Source of the DNA: a virus
Virus record (IMG/VR): IMGVR_UViG_3300045988_122987
DNA: 42,285 nucleotides
Direction: 5' to 3' (one strand)
Shown here: positions 15,494 to 24,566 of the stretch, piece after piece
How the letters are laid out: the number at the start of each line of letters is the position of its first letter
Numbering within the stretch: position 1 is the stretch's first letter
Made by a program: the position numbers and the translations under genes
Notes under the pieces: generated by a model
Databases searched by the model: none
What the model saw: the letters and a program-made list of their open reading frames with translations, nothing else
Told to the model about the DNA's origin: nothing

Positions 15494-15798
15494 TGGAAAA
15501 GCAAAGATTTGCTGAACTGCTCGTAAACGTCATGCAGACGCAGACGGGTAGGGAATTTATTTATGAGCTGCTCGACACAATGGAAGTGAATACCCCTAAC
15601 TATGTTGTCGGGCGTGAAAGTGTCATGGGGTACGAGATTGGCCGGCGCAGCGTTGGCGAAGAACTGCTCCGTATGCTGAGAGATGATACTGAGGAAGGCC
15701 TGCAGCTGGAGCTGCTGATGCGGCAGGAAGCGCTGGACCGTCCCAAAGAAAAACACAAAGATGAATTCTATGACCAATTTGAAGGAGGTAATGTATAA
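15493..15798 (+). CDS. Hypothetical protein, 101 aa.
   Basis: It is coupled to the portal stop by a one-nt overlap. Confidence 0.55.
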   Translation: MEKQRFAELLVNVMQTQTGREFIYELLDTMEVNTPNYVVGRESVMGYEIGRRSVGEELLRMLRDDTEEGLQLELLMRQEALDRPKEKHKDEFYDQFEGGNV

Positions 15799-16469
15799 TG
15801 CGAAAGAAATGGTTGTTCTTTCTGGCTCCTGACGGCGGCGATGCTGGCGGCGGTGAAGGCGGAGCTGGTGGCGATGGCGGCACCGGTGGTGACGGTGGTG
15901 CTGCAGGTGGCAGTAAAAGTATCTTTGATAATCCTGATGGCGGCAATTCCCATGGTGACGGTGGTGGCAATCCTGCTGGTGACGGCAGCGGCAATCCTGC
16001 TGATGCTGGCGGCGGCGCTGGCGAAGTACCGGAAAACTATGAGTTTAACCTGGGCGAAGGCCTTACAATCACCGATGAACAAAAAACAGCGTTTACCGCC
16101 ATAGCTAAGGATGCAAAGCTTTCGCAGGCACAGGCTGACAGCCTGCTGAAAATGCACAGCGAGATTATCAACGGCTATCTGCATGCTGCAGAAGATGCCG
16201 TTGAAAAAAATATCGCTGAATGTCAGAAGTTGGGGCTGACCAGTCAGGAAAACCTTGGCTTTGCCAGAACTGCTGTAAATACCTTTGGCGGCAGTGAGGC
16301 GATGCAGGTATTGATTGATACCGGTGCTATCAATCATCCGGCAGTCTGCAAGCTCTTTGTAACTATCGGCCAGCTTATCAGCGAAGATAAACCGGCAGAT
16401 ACTCATGTCGGCGGTGGCAAGGGAACCCCGCGGGCAGAAGATATCCTCTTCCCTAACAGCAAATACTAA
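15798..16469 (+). CDS. Putative scaffolding protein with a Gly/Asp-rich low-complexity N-terminus, 223 aa.
   Basis: The GG[DAE]GG repeats at aa 12-80 and its position between portal and capsid mirror T7 gene 9. Confidence 0.5.
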   Translation: MRKKWLFFLAPDGGDAGGGEGGAGGDGGTGGDGGAAGGSKSIFDNPDGGNSHGDGGGNPAGDGSGNPADAGGGAGEVPENYEFNLGEGLTITDEQKTAFTAIAKDAKLSQAQADSLLKMHSEIINGYLHAAEDAVEKNIAECQKLGLTSQENLGFARTAVNTFGGSEAMQVLIDTGAINHPAVCKLFVTIGQLISEDKPADTHVGGGKGTPRAEDILFPNSKY

Positions 16470-16482
16470 AGGAGTGAATTAA

Positions 16483-17490
16483 ATGGCACAAACCGGACTT
16501 TATAACAACACCGGCCTGGCAACTATGTATGATATTGCACAGCAGTATCGCTCTGCAGGCAATGAAGCAGCGGCGCAGGTCGTAGAGCTGCAGGCAAAAA
16601 CCAACCGGCTCTGGGAAGTATTCCCGATGAGAACCTGCAACAGCGGCAGCGTTGAAAAAGCGCTTATCAGAACCAGTCTGCCGGATGTAGCATGGCGTAT
16701 TATTAACCGTGGCGTAGCACCTACTAAATCCAGCACTGGCCAGGCAAGCTTTACTACCGGCGGTGTTGAGGCCATTGCACAGATTGATGAGCGACTGATG
16801 AAGCTCAACAAGAACAGCAATACCTATCGACTTAATGAAAACTACGCACATCAGGAAGCTATGAGCCAGAAGATGTCTACTACCTTCTTCTATGGTGATG
16901 AACAAATCAACCCTGCAGGCTTTACCGGCCTTGGCGCTTTTTACTATGATAAGGCTGGGCAGGATGAAATCTACGCCAATCAGATTGTTGACGCGGGCGG
17001 TACCGGTAATAATCTGACCTCCCTTTGGGTAGTGACCTTTGCACCTGATACTGTTTACGGCATCACTCCGGAAGGTGTGCCTGGCGGTTACAGCTATCGT
17101 GACAACGGACGTGTTAAAGTGAGAGATGAGAACAACCTTGAATACTGGGGCTATGAATCTCAGTACAACTGGGACGTAGGCCTCTGCGTACGTGACCCGC
17201 GCTATGTAGCACGTCTGGCCAACATTGATACTACCAATACCAGCAGCACTGACTTCATCGATAAACTGATTGAAGTATATGACTGCATTGAAAACCCTGA
17301 CCATGGCCGTACTGTTATCCTCTGTAACCGTAAGGTGCAGACCATGATCAATATCATTGCGCAGAAGAAAAATAATGTTAACCTTTCTCTGGAAGACTTT
17401 GGCGGTAAGCGTATCCAGCATTTCTGGGGCTCTCCCATCCTGCGCAACGATGCTATCCTGAGCACTGAATCTAAAGTGCCGGTAGAATAA
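16483..17490 (+). CDS. Putative major capsid protein, 335 aa.
   Basis: The call rests on size, position after the scaffold gene and the SD GGAGTGA. It is a positional assignment only. Confidence 0.55.
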   Translation: MAQTGLYNNTGLATMYDIAQQYRSAGNEAAAQVVELQAKTNRLWEVFPMRTCNSGSVEKALIRTSLPDVAWRIINRGVAPTKSSTGQASFTTGGVEAIAQIDERLMKLNKNSNTYRLNENYAHQEAMSQKMSTTFFYGDEQINPAGFTGLGAFYYDKAGQDEIYANQIVDAGGTGNNLTSLWVVTFAPDTVYGITPEGVPGGYSYRDNGRVKVRDENNLEYWGYESQYNWDVGLCVRDPRYVARLANIDTTNTSSTDFIDKLIEVYDCIENPDHGRTVILCNRKVQTMINIIAQKKNNVNLSLEDFGGKRIQHFWGSPILRNDAILSTESKVPVE

Positions 17491-17502
17491 GGAGGTAAGA
17501 AT

Positions 17503-17898
17503 ATGGCTGTAATGATTGATGCAAAGCTTATTCTTTGTGAAAATGTCGATACTGCAGCGACTGTCACCAGTAAGGCGCTTGATATCGGCCACAACAAATC
17601 TTTGAGACCGCTCTATGTTGATGTTAAACTGACTAAGGGCGTAACTGCCGGCCGCGTAAAAAGCGTAGAGCTGCAGTCCAGCGCTGACGAAAGCTTCTCT
17701 GCTCCGATCACTGAGATGGTGGTGACTATCGGCAAAACCGCTGAGCAGCAGAAGCACGCCTGCCAGCTGGCGCAATTCTTCGCGTCTATCCAACCGCAGG
17801 GCCGTTATGTCCGCGTAAAAATCACCGGTGATACTACCGTTCCGGCAGGTGGCAAGATTTGGGCATATCTGTCCCCAGATATTCAGGTACCGGTATGA
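17503..17898 (+). CDS. Hypothetical structural protein, 131 aa.
   Basis: The SD AGGAGG precedes the ATG. It lies in the structural block. Confidence 0.55.
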   Translation: MAVMIDAKLILCENVDTAATVTSKALDIGHNKSLRPLYVDVKLTKGVTAGRVKSVELQSSADESFSAPITEMVVTIGKTAEQQKHACQLAQFFASIQPQGRYVRVKITGDTTVPAGGKIWAYLSPDIQVPV

Positions 17899-18209
17899 GA
17901 TACAAAGTAATCCGCACCTGCTATTGGCAACACAGACTTTGGGAAAAGGGCGAAAAGGTGGAGCTGGAGGGGAATGTACCGGAGCATTTCAAACCGCTCT
18001 ATAATCCAGCCGAAAAATTGTCCCTGAACAAAAATGCTGAAGAACCTTCGGACGAAGTATCTGGCGATATGGAAAACCCGGATATCATGCCTTCTTCTTT
18101 GGAAGAAATGAATGTTGGCCAGCTGCAGAAGCTGGCACGTGCAAGCGGCCTGGAACCGCCGAAGAATGCAAAAAAACAAGAATTGATTTCCGCTCTGCGC
18201 GGAGAATAA
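17895..18209 (+). CDS. Hypothetical protein of 104 aa with a C-terminal HeH/SAP-like (Rho-N-like) motif.
   Basis: It is ATGA-coupled to the upstream gene. The C-terminal motif is MNVGQLQKLARASGLEPPKNAKKQELISAL. Confidence 0.5.
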   Translation: MRYKVIRTCYWQHRLWEKGEKVELEGNVPEHFKPLYNPAEKLSLNKNAEEPSDEVSGDMENPDIMPSSLEEMNVGQLQKLARASGLEPPKNAKKQELISALRGE

Positions 18210-18213
18210 CATC

Positions 18214-18243
18214 GGGCCGGAGCTTATTCCGGCCTTTTGTTTT
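18214..18243 (+). terminator. Strong intrinsic terminator.
   Basis: The stem is GGCCGGA-gcttat-TCCGGCC, followed by TTTTGTTTT. Confidence 0.75.
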
Positions 18244-18254
18244 AGGAGGAAACC

Positions 18255-18845
18255 ATGAACAACATTGAAATCTGCAACCTTGCGCTTGGCCGTATCGGCG
18301 TAGACGAAATCAACCGCATGGATGAGGCAAGCCAGCCTGCGAGAATCTGTACACGTTATTTCAATTTTACCCGTCAGAACGTATTGCGCCGCTTTCCTTG
18401 GACGTTCGCAACAAAACGTGTGCAGCTGGCACTGCTTAATGAAACGGCACCTGATTATAAATACGTCTATCAATATCCTTCTGATGCTCTGGCCATACGC
18501 CTTATGTACAATGATAGCTTTGTTGGCCTGCCTAAGGATAACTACTTCCGCATTATGAACGGTAACGGCGGACGCAAGATATACAGTAATATCTCTAACG
18601 CCTACGTGGAATATACTGCAGACGTAAAGGACAGCGAAACATTCGACAGCCAATTCATTGAAGCCTTCAGCTGGAAGCTGGCGGCGGAGATGGCATTCGC
18701 TTTGACCGGTAATATGAATCTTGCGACAAATGCTATCCAGGCATACAATGCTTACTTTACGGAAGCAGCTGGCGAGGATGCTGCAGAAGACAATCAGGAA
18801 GAAGCTGTACAGGATAGACTGGCCAACGCCAGATGGGAGGGCTGA
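18255..18845 (+). CDS. Tail tubular protein A, T7 gp11-like, 196 aa.
   Basis: The length is the same as T7 gp11. The N-terminal region NLALGRIG...ARICTRYFNFTRQNVLRRFPWTF aligns by eye with T7 ...ILASIGE...ARRILNKINRQIQSRGWTF. Confidence 0.6.
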   Translation: MNNIEICNLALGRIGVDEINRMDEASQPARICTRYFNFTRQNVLRRFPWTFATKRVQLALLNETAPDYKYVYQYPSDALAIRLMYNDSFVGLPKDNYFRIMNGNGGRKIYSNISNAYVEYTADVKDSETFDSQFIEAFSWKLAAEMAFALTGNMNLATNAIQAYNAYFTEAAGEDAAEDNQEEAVQDRLANARWEG

Positions 18846-18847
18846 CA

Positions 18848-21154
18848 ATGGGACTGTATCAACTGAAGCCCAGCTTTGCCGGCGGTGAATTGTCGGACAG
18901 CATGTACGGCCGCGTCGATATCAACAAATATGATAATGGCGCGGCGATGTTAAAAAACTTTATGGTGCAGCGTTACGGCGGCGCAAGGAACAGGAACGGC
19001 TTTAAACATATCGCTATGACGTATGGCGGCAAGCGTGCATTTTTAATTCCATTTACCTATTCCAACGAGCAGAGCTACGTCGTGGAATTAACGGCCGGAC
19101 ATTGTCGTTTCTTTCGCGATGGCGGCATAATCACTACAACGGATGGCCAGCCTTATACCATCAGCAACAATCTGACAGACGCAGATTTGGCAGGTGTGTG
19201 CAAAGTAAAACACGCTCAGAGCGCAGACGTTATGTTTATTGTGCATCCGAATCACCCACCTATTACCTTAACCCGCTATGGCGCAACTGATTGGCGCTGG
19301 GAACAGATGGCGGTAAGTGGAGGACCGTTTGAAGATTACAACACTACAAACACAAAGATAACGCCTAGCGGTATAAGCGGCAATATTACCTTGAGTGCTA
19401 CAGCTGACATTTTTAAAAGCTATCATGTCGGGACGTTAGTAGAACTCACCCACTATAAAGGCAGCGAATACCAAAAAGCTGTACCTAACGCCAGCGGTGA
19501 TAATTTAAAAGTAAACGTACTGCCTGGCAGCAGTGTATACGTCGAAAGCTTCGGCTTTTGGAACGGACATTTTATCCTTGAAAAATACAATACTGATAGC
19601 GGCCGCTGGGAGCAGGTGCGCCGTCAGGACGGCAACCATAGCCAGAACTATAACTTTACTGAAAAAAATGAAGATGATCATATCACGCAGTACCGCATAA
19701 CATCAACCGCTTTTGATACAACTATCTGGAAAGATGAAAACGAAAAGCAGACAGGCTTTGTTACTATCCAGTCTTTCGGCGATGACTACAGCGGAATAGC
19801 AAAAATTACCGGTGTAAGCAATGCAAGGACTGCGTCGGCGCAGGTTATCCGCACGCTTGGCAGTGCATCAGCAACAAGCAGCTGGGCGTTCGGGGCGTGG
19901 AACTCTAGCTATGGCTATCCTATGTCGGCAGGATTTTTTGAAGATCGCCTTATTTTTGCCGGAGACGCGAAAGCACCGCAAACGTTCTGGGGATCGAAAG
20001 TAGGCGATTATTATAATTTTGGCACAAGCACACCAATCGTGGATGATGATGCAATAACGGCCACACTAAACGGCGGCAGGATGAATGGTATTAAGGCGAT
20101 GGTGGCATTTGGCGAATTAATCCTTTTGACTGCTGGCGGCGAATATAAGGTAAGCGGCGGCCAAGGTAAAAGCATAGCACCTAGCAACATAATGAGCCAG
20201 CCACAGGAATACAGAGGTATATGTGATATTAACCCCGTAACTGTAGGCAGCAGGATAATCTACGTGCAGCAGCAGGGCAACATCGTGCGTGACTTGGCGT
20301 ATAGTTACGAGGCAGATAAATATACAGGCGATGATTTAAACCTTCTATGCTCACATCTTTTTGATGGACATAAGGTAACGGGTATGACATACCAGCAAGT
20401 ACCTGATAGCGTGGTGTGGTTCGTACGTGATGATGGCATTCTCTTAGGTATGACATACATTAAAGAGCAGGACATCTACGCATGGCATAGGCACACGATG
20501 GTTCATTCAAAATTTATCAATATTTGCAGCATCAACGGCGATATGGAAGACGAGCTGTACGCAGTTGTTGAAAGAAACGGAGTGCATTACATTGTGGTCA
20601 ACACCCATCAGACGGATAACGAATCACCAGCGGAGCAATATTATGTCGACGACGGCATTACCATACGTGGCGATGATTTGAAAGAGGTAAGCGGCCTGAC
20701 GTGGTTAGAAGGAGAGGCTGTTGCTATTTTGGCAGATGGTAATGTATTGCCACAGCAGAGAGTTACCAATGGCAAAGTAACGCTGGATGACAGGCGTGGC
20801 TACAGTGTGGTGCATATCGGTTTACCGATTGATGCGGAAATCCGTACCTTGCCTATTGAATTCCAGATGCAGGACGGTAGTTCTATCAGTCGCAAGAAAC
20901 ACATAGGCAATCTTTCCGTCCTCTTTAAAAACACGCGTGGCGGACTGTATGGCCTGAGCGAGGAAAAACTGGATGAAATCAAATGGCGCGATACCGAAGC
21001 ATATGGCCAGCCTACAAAACTTTTCACTGGCAAGAAAAAAATCGTCCTGCCTGCAGCAGGCTGGGACGAAACGCAGCAGCTTATCATTAAGCAGGATGCG
21101 CCGCTGCCGATGACGGTACTGGCCATTGTGCCGGAGATTGTGCCGGGAGGATAA
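18848..21154 (+). CDS. Tail tubular protein B, T7 gp12-like, about 768 aa. The start is adjusted to the ATG at 18848.
   Basis: Its size is close to T7 gp12 and it sits directly after the gp11-like gene. The SD GGGAGGG lies 6 nt upstream of 18848. Confidence 0.55.
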   Translation: MGLYQLKPSFAGGELSDSMYGRVDINKYDNGAAMLKNFMVQRYGGARNRNGFKHIAMTYGGKRAFLIPFTYSNEQSYVVELTAGHCRFFRDGGIITTTDGQPYTISNNLTDADLAGVCKVKHAQSADVMFIVHPNHPPITLTRYGATDWRWEQMAVSGGPFEDYNTTNTKITPSGISGNITLSATADIFKSYHVGTLVELTHYKGSEYQKAVPNASGDNLKVNVLPGSSVYVESFGFWNGHFILEKYNTDSGRWEQVRRQDGNHSQNYNFTEKNEDDHITQYRITSTAFDTTIWKDENEKQTGFVTIQSFGDDYSGIAKITGVSNARTASAQVIRTLGSASATSSWAFGAWNSSYGYPMSAGFFEDRLIFAGDAKAPQTFWGSKVGDYYNFGTSTPIVDDDAITATLNGGRMNGIKAMVAFGELILLTAGGEYKVSGGQGKSIAPSNIMSQPQEYRGICDINPVTVGSRIIYVQQQGNIVRDLAYSYEADKYTGDDLNLLCSHLFDGHKVTGMTYQQVPDSVVWFVRDDGILLGMTYIKEQDIYAWHRHTMVHSKFINICSINGDMEDELYAVVERNGVHYIVVNTHQTDNESPAEQYYVDDGITIRGDDLKEVSGLTWLEGEAVAILADGNVLPQQRVTNGKVTLDDRRGYSVVHIGLPIDAEIRTLPIEFQMQDGSSISRKKHIGNLSVLFKNTRGGLYGLSEEKLDEIKWRDTEAYGQPTKLFTGKKKIVLPAAGWDETQQLIIKQDAPLPMTVLAIVPEIVPGG

Positions 21155-21155
21155 T

Positions 21156-21638
21156 ATGGCGGAATATACTTTTGGTCGTCCGTCGGATGAAGATATTGAA
21201 TACATAGCTGCACATCTGCGGCAGGATAACAGGCAGGAGCTGGCGGCGTTGTATGGCGCTGGGCATGAGCTGGATGTTTTAAAAAGAAGCGTCAGATACA
21301 GCGAACTGATTGGCTGCTTTTATATTGACGGCGTGCCTGCAGCTATCTATGGAGTAAGAAGCCCGGCTGCAATATGTTCCGTAAAGTGCGTATGGCTGCT
21401 CATGACCGACGAAACATTGAAGCATAGGCTAGTAGTAGGGCGATATACCAAACGCTTTCTGAGGGCGATTGTGGCGGCCTATGGGCCTATGTCCAATAAG
21501 GTTGATGCTGGGAACGCAGAAATCCTGCGCTGGCTCAGATGGCTTGGCGCTGAGATATCGGAGCCGGTGCAATGCGGAATCTACAATCTGCCGCACAGGG
21601 AATTTTATTTTGACGAAAGAATTTTAAAGGAGGGATAG
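21156..21638 (+). CDS. Hypothetical protein of 160 aa in the position of T7 gp13. The start is adjusted.
   Basis: The SD GGGAGGA lies 6 nt upstream of the ATG at 21156. Confidence 0.5.
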   Translation: MAEYTFGRPSDEDIEYIAAHLRQDNRQELAALYGAGHELDVLKRSVRYSELIGCFYIDGVPAAIYGVRSPAAICSVKCVWLLMTDETLKHRLVVGRYTKRFLRAIVAAYGPMSNKVDAGNAEILRWLRWLGAEISEPVQCGIYNLPHREFYFDERILKEG

Positions 21639-21639
21639 C

Positions 21640-22293
21640 ATGGGCGTAGGAGTAATGATTGGTGCAACTCTCTTGGGCGGTTATCTGCAGGGACGTGCAG
21701 CACGTCAGCAGGCCAACGCGCAGGCGGCGCAGGCTCGGGCAAATGCTGATATCGCCTATAACAATGCGCAGAAGCTGCAGGAGCAGGCCGAGAAGCAGGC
21801 GCAGAACAATGAAATCAACGAGGAAAACAAACGCCGCAGACTGCTGCAGCTGCAGGGGCAGCAGAGAGCCAACATCGGCGCGGCCGGAATCACGGCAAGC
21901 GGCAGTGCACTGGCGGCGATGGCAGACAGCCAGTTTAACCAGGAGCAGGAGCTTGCCTTTGAAAGATACAATGCGCGTCAGCAGGTAGATAATATCTTCC
22001 AGCAGAGTACAGACAATGTGAACCAGGGCGATATCTATGCGTCGAGCGCTAGGGCATACCGCAAGGCCGGCAAGCGTGCTATGATGAACAGTATGCTGCA
22101 GGCAGGGTTGAGCGTGGCGGCTAATCTTTACACGGCCAAAAGCATGGGAGCATTGAAAAGCTCAGCCGGTAAAAGCGTAGGGCTGCAAAACTACAGTGTA
22201 CCCGGCTACACAGAAATGAAGGGACTGCCTGCTCATACCGGTGGTGGCATATCAAGCTACAGTAATGATGGCTGGGCAAAAGCAAAATGGTAA
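21640..22293 (+). CDS. Internal virion protein, T7 gp14-like, 217 aa.
   Basis: The N-terminus MGVGVMIGATLLGGYLQGRAARQQANAQAAQA is a hydrophobic segment followed by a Q/A-rich region, the same arrangement as the T7 gp14 N-terminus. The SD AAGGAGGG precedes the ATG. Confidence 0.55.
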   Translation: MGVGVMIGATLLGGYLQGRAARQQANAQAAQARANADIAYNNAQKLQEQAEKQAQNNEINEENKRRRLLQLQGQQRANIGAAGITASGSALAAMADSQFNQEQELAFERYNARQQVDNIFQQSTDNVNQGDIYASSARAYRKAGKRAMMNSMLQAGLSVAANLYTAKSMGALKSSAGKSVGLQNYSVPGYTEMKGLPAHTGGGISSYSNDGWAKAKW

Positions 22294-22298
22294 AAATG

Positions 22299-22341
22299 TC
22301 ATTTTGTACTTTACAAATCGGCAAAGGACGTGTGGTAAAAT
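22299..22341 (+). promoter_or_regulatory. Late promoter element, copy 2.
   Basis: GTCATTTTGTACTTTACAAATCGGC-9 nt-GTGGTAAAAT. It differs from copy 1 only in the 9-nt spacer. It begins directly after the gp14-like stop codon. Confidence 0.6.
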
Positions 22342-22396
22342 GATAGTGCGGAAGGGAAGCCATCCTCCCATTTTCATCATACTCTAAAAATTAGCA

Positions 22397-22426
22397 ACGT
22401 AGAAAGCATCTGAGGCTAAGCCTTGG
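22397..22426 (+). terminator. Leader hairpin with U-tract downstream of late promoter copy 2.
   Basis: The stem is GCAUCUGAGGC/GCCUUGGGUGC (11 bp including three G.U wobbles) with a UAA loop, followed by UUUUUGCG. Confidence 0.4.
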
Positions 22427-22459
22427 GTGCTTTTTGCGTATATAGGAAAGGAGCAGAAT

Positions 22460-24562
22460 ATGGCAGTAATTGATGTTTACGAGAACCAGGCAAAGCTAGG
22501 TACGCCTACAAGCCAGACGAGCGGTGTGCATCCTGATATGGGCGGGCAGATGGCGCTGGCAAGGGCAAATGCAAATCTTACCAATACGATGGTAGAGGGA
22601 GGACAGAAGCTCTATGAGCAAATAGCCATTGCGGACGTGATGAAGGCTAACAATGATTACAATATGCAGATGAGCAGGCTGCAGAATGAGCTGCTGCAGA
22701 ACAAGGAAGAAAATGCCAGGGATAACCTTACCAAGTACGAAAAAGGGCGCAAGAAGATTATCAATGGCATTATGCAAAAAGGACCGTCTACGTTGCGCGG
22801 CGTTCTGGGAAGCAAAGCCTTTTACAATACTATTGAGCGTGACTGGACCGGCCAGCGTGCCCAGATGGAACGTTATACCATGGGTGAGATGGAGAAGTAC
22901 CAGGATACGCAGCTTAACAATCAATACAAATTAGCTTTGAAGGACGTAGCTGTAAACTGGCACAACAATAATGATCTGGACGCTGTTATGCGCCGCGGCG
23001 ATTTTATGACTGCAGCAAGGTATGCCAATTATGGCCAGGAAAAGATTACTGAAGCAAGCAACAAATGGAAGGCTGCGGTAGCAGAGACAGCAGCGCAGGC
23101 TGCTATCAATTCAGACAGCAGCGAAGGATGGACGCGTGGCGGTGAGATACTGCAGGCCTACGGTTATCTTATGGACCCGCAGAAACGTATCCAATACGAT
23201 AAGATTATCAGCGCGAGGGAGAAAAGCAATAATCAGCTTAATACCTTTGCCGGCATCTATGCCAAGTATGGCAGTGATATAAACGGCGGTGTGCAGGCGC
23301 TCTTGTCTACGCAGACCGGTACGGCAGATATCGCCAAAGGTTTGGCATTTGCACAGGGAGAGGAAGGCAAGGCTTGGGGCAGCAATCAGTGCGCTAACTT
23401 TGTGAAAAAATATATTCAGACGGCTGGCGGTGATTATGACATCACCAGCAGCTTGGCTGATGGTACCTACCTTAACGCAGAACGTAAAGGGCTGACGTTT
23501 AATGACCGTAACCAATTAAGGGACGGAGATATCGTCTATTGGCAGGTAGATGGCAGCAAGTACGCTACGAGCGACAACCCGGATGATGTGCATTCTGACA
23601 CTAAGGCCTATAAGGGTATTACCCATGTCGGTATATACAATGCCAAGACCGGCAAGGTTATCCAGAGTGGTGAGCATGGAGTGAGTGAGCTGGCGCTGGA
23701 TGCTGCCGGATATCATACGGTAGGCTACAGCCATATCGGCGGCAGAGCTATGGACGCAACTGAGCGCGAAGAATTAAAAAAAGGTTATATGCAGTACGCG
23801 CTGCAGCAGGTGCAGCAGAAGCGTACAAGCACTAACCTTATGGTGGAAAGAGCTTCGGATGAAATGTTTGCTGCCTACAATAATGGCGTACGTGACCCGG
23901 CGTATTTTGAAAACATGGCCAAACAGATAGCAGGCAACGATTATAGCGCTTATAATACTTTGCACGCTGTAGCAAAGAGCTTTACATCTCCGGGTGTACA
24001 CAAATTAACTGTAGGTGAGGCTTTGGAAATAGAGGATGCCATAGACAAGGGCGGACTGTCGCAGGATGAGCTGATCCAGAAGTTGTCTGATGCAGGCTGC
24101 AGCACGGAAACTATTATGAAATACGTGCATATGAATAAGCAGGCGGCGAAAGCTGCAGCTAGGGGCGAAGGCAAGGCATCATTTGACTGGGACAGCGTTA
24201 TGGAAGCCTTTTACAGTAAGATGGGCGGAAGAAACAAGGTGCCGGAAGCGTGGCGTCCGGGATTGAAGCGGTACGCCAAAAGAGCAATAAACGAATACAT
24301 AGCTAAAGAAAACCGCACGCCTACAGTAGACTGGGTGATGGATATCATGGAACAGGGACTGGTTAAGGGTGTCGGCGGCGTTACGGTAGAAGGTGAGCAC
24401 TTCTGGAACAGTGATATATCATACAATATGGCACAACTTGGCAACCATGATATCTATCATATCAGTAATGCAGATGATGGTTACGTCAATGTATGGTTTT
24501 ATGGCAATGCTCAGCCGGTGCGCATGAGCAAGGCAGCGTTTAAGCAGACGATGGGAGAGTAA
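22460..24562 (+). CDS. Internal virion/ejection protein with a CHAP peptidoglycan-hydrolase domain, 700 aa, in the T7 gp15 position. The start is adjusted from 22427.
   Basis: The CHAP-like catalytic motifs are GSNQCANFV (Cys codon at 23390-23392) and GITHVGIY (His codon at 23624-23626). The SD GGAAAGGAG precedes the ATG at 22460. Confidence 0.6.
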   Translation: MAVIDVYENQAKLGTPTSQTSGVHPDMGGQMALARANANLTNTMVEGGQKLYEQIAIADVMKANNDYNMQMSRLQNELLQNKEENARDNLTKYEKGRKKIINGIMQKGPSTLRGVLGSKAFYNTIERDWTGQRAQMERYTMGEMEKYQDTQLNNQYKLALKDVAVNWHNNNDLDAVMRRGDFMTAARYANYGQEKITEASNKWKAAVAETAAQAAINSDSSEGWTRGGEILQAYGYLMDPQKRIQYDKIISAREKSNNQLNTFAGIYAKYGSDINGGVQALLSTQTGTADIAKGLAFAQGEEGKAWGSNQCANFVKKYIQTAGGDYDITSSLADGTYLNAERKGLTFNDRNQLRDGDIVYWQVDGSKYATSDNPDDVHSDTKAYKGITHVGIYNAKTGKVIQSGEHGVSELALDAAGYHTVGYSHIGGRAMDATEREELKKGYMQYALQQVQQKRTSTNLMVERASDEMFAAYNNGVRDPAYFENMAKQIAGNDYSAYNTLHAVAKSFTSPGVHKLTVGEALEIEDAIDKGGLSQDELIQKLSDAGCSTETIMKYVHMNKQAAKAAARGEGKASFDWDSVMEAFYSKMGGRNKVPEAWRPGLKRYAKRAINEYIAKENRTPTVDWVMDIMEQGLVKGVGGVTVEGEHFWNSDISYNMAQLGNHDIYHISNADDGYVNVWFYGNAQPVRMSKAAFKQTMGE

Positions 24563-24566
24563 CATT

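Noticed and set aside
15840-16030. GGN-rich nucleotide repeats that could be a tandem repeat or a CRISPR-like array.
   Set aside because: They are coding low-complexity sequence (the Gly/Asp-rich scaffold N-terminus). They are imperfect, in frame, and lack the spacer and repeat periodicity of an array.
16453-17793. A 446-aa minus-strand ORF antisense to the capsid gene.
   Set aside because: It is the antisense shadow of highly supported + strand structural genes and has no SD.
22397-22426. Interpretation of the leader hairpins as T7-style RNase III processing sites.
   Set aside because: The stems are short, have no internal bulges and are followed by U-tracts, so they look more like intrinsic terminators. 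This is kept as an alternative in the finding text but is not the primary call.
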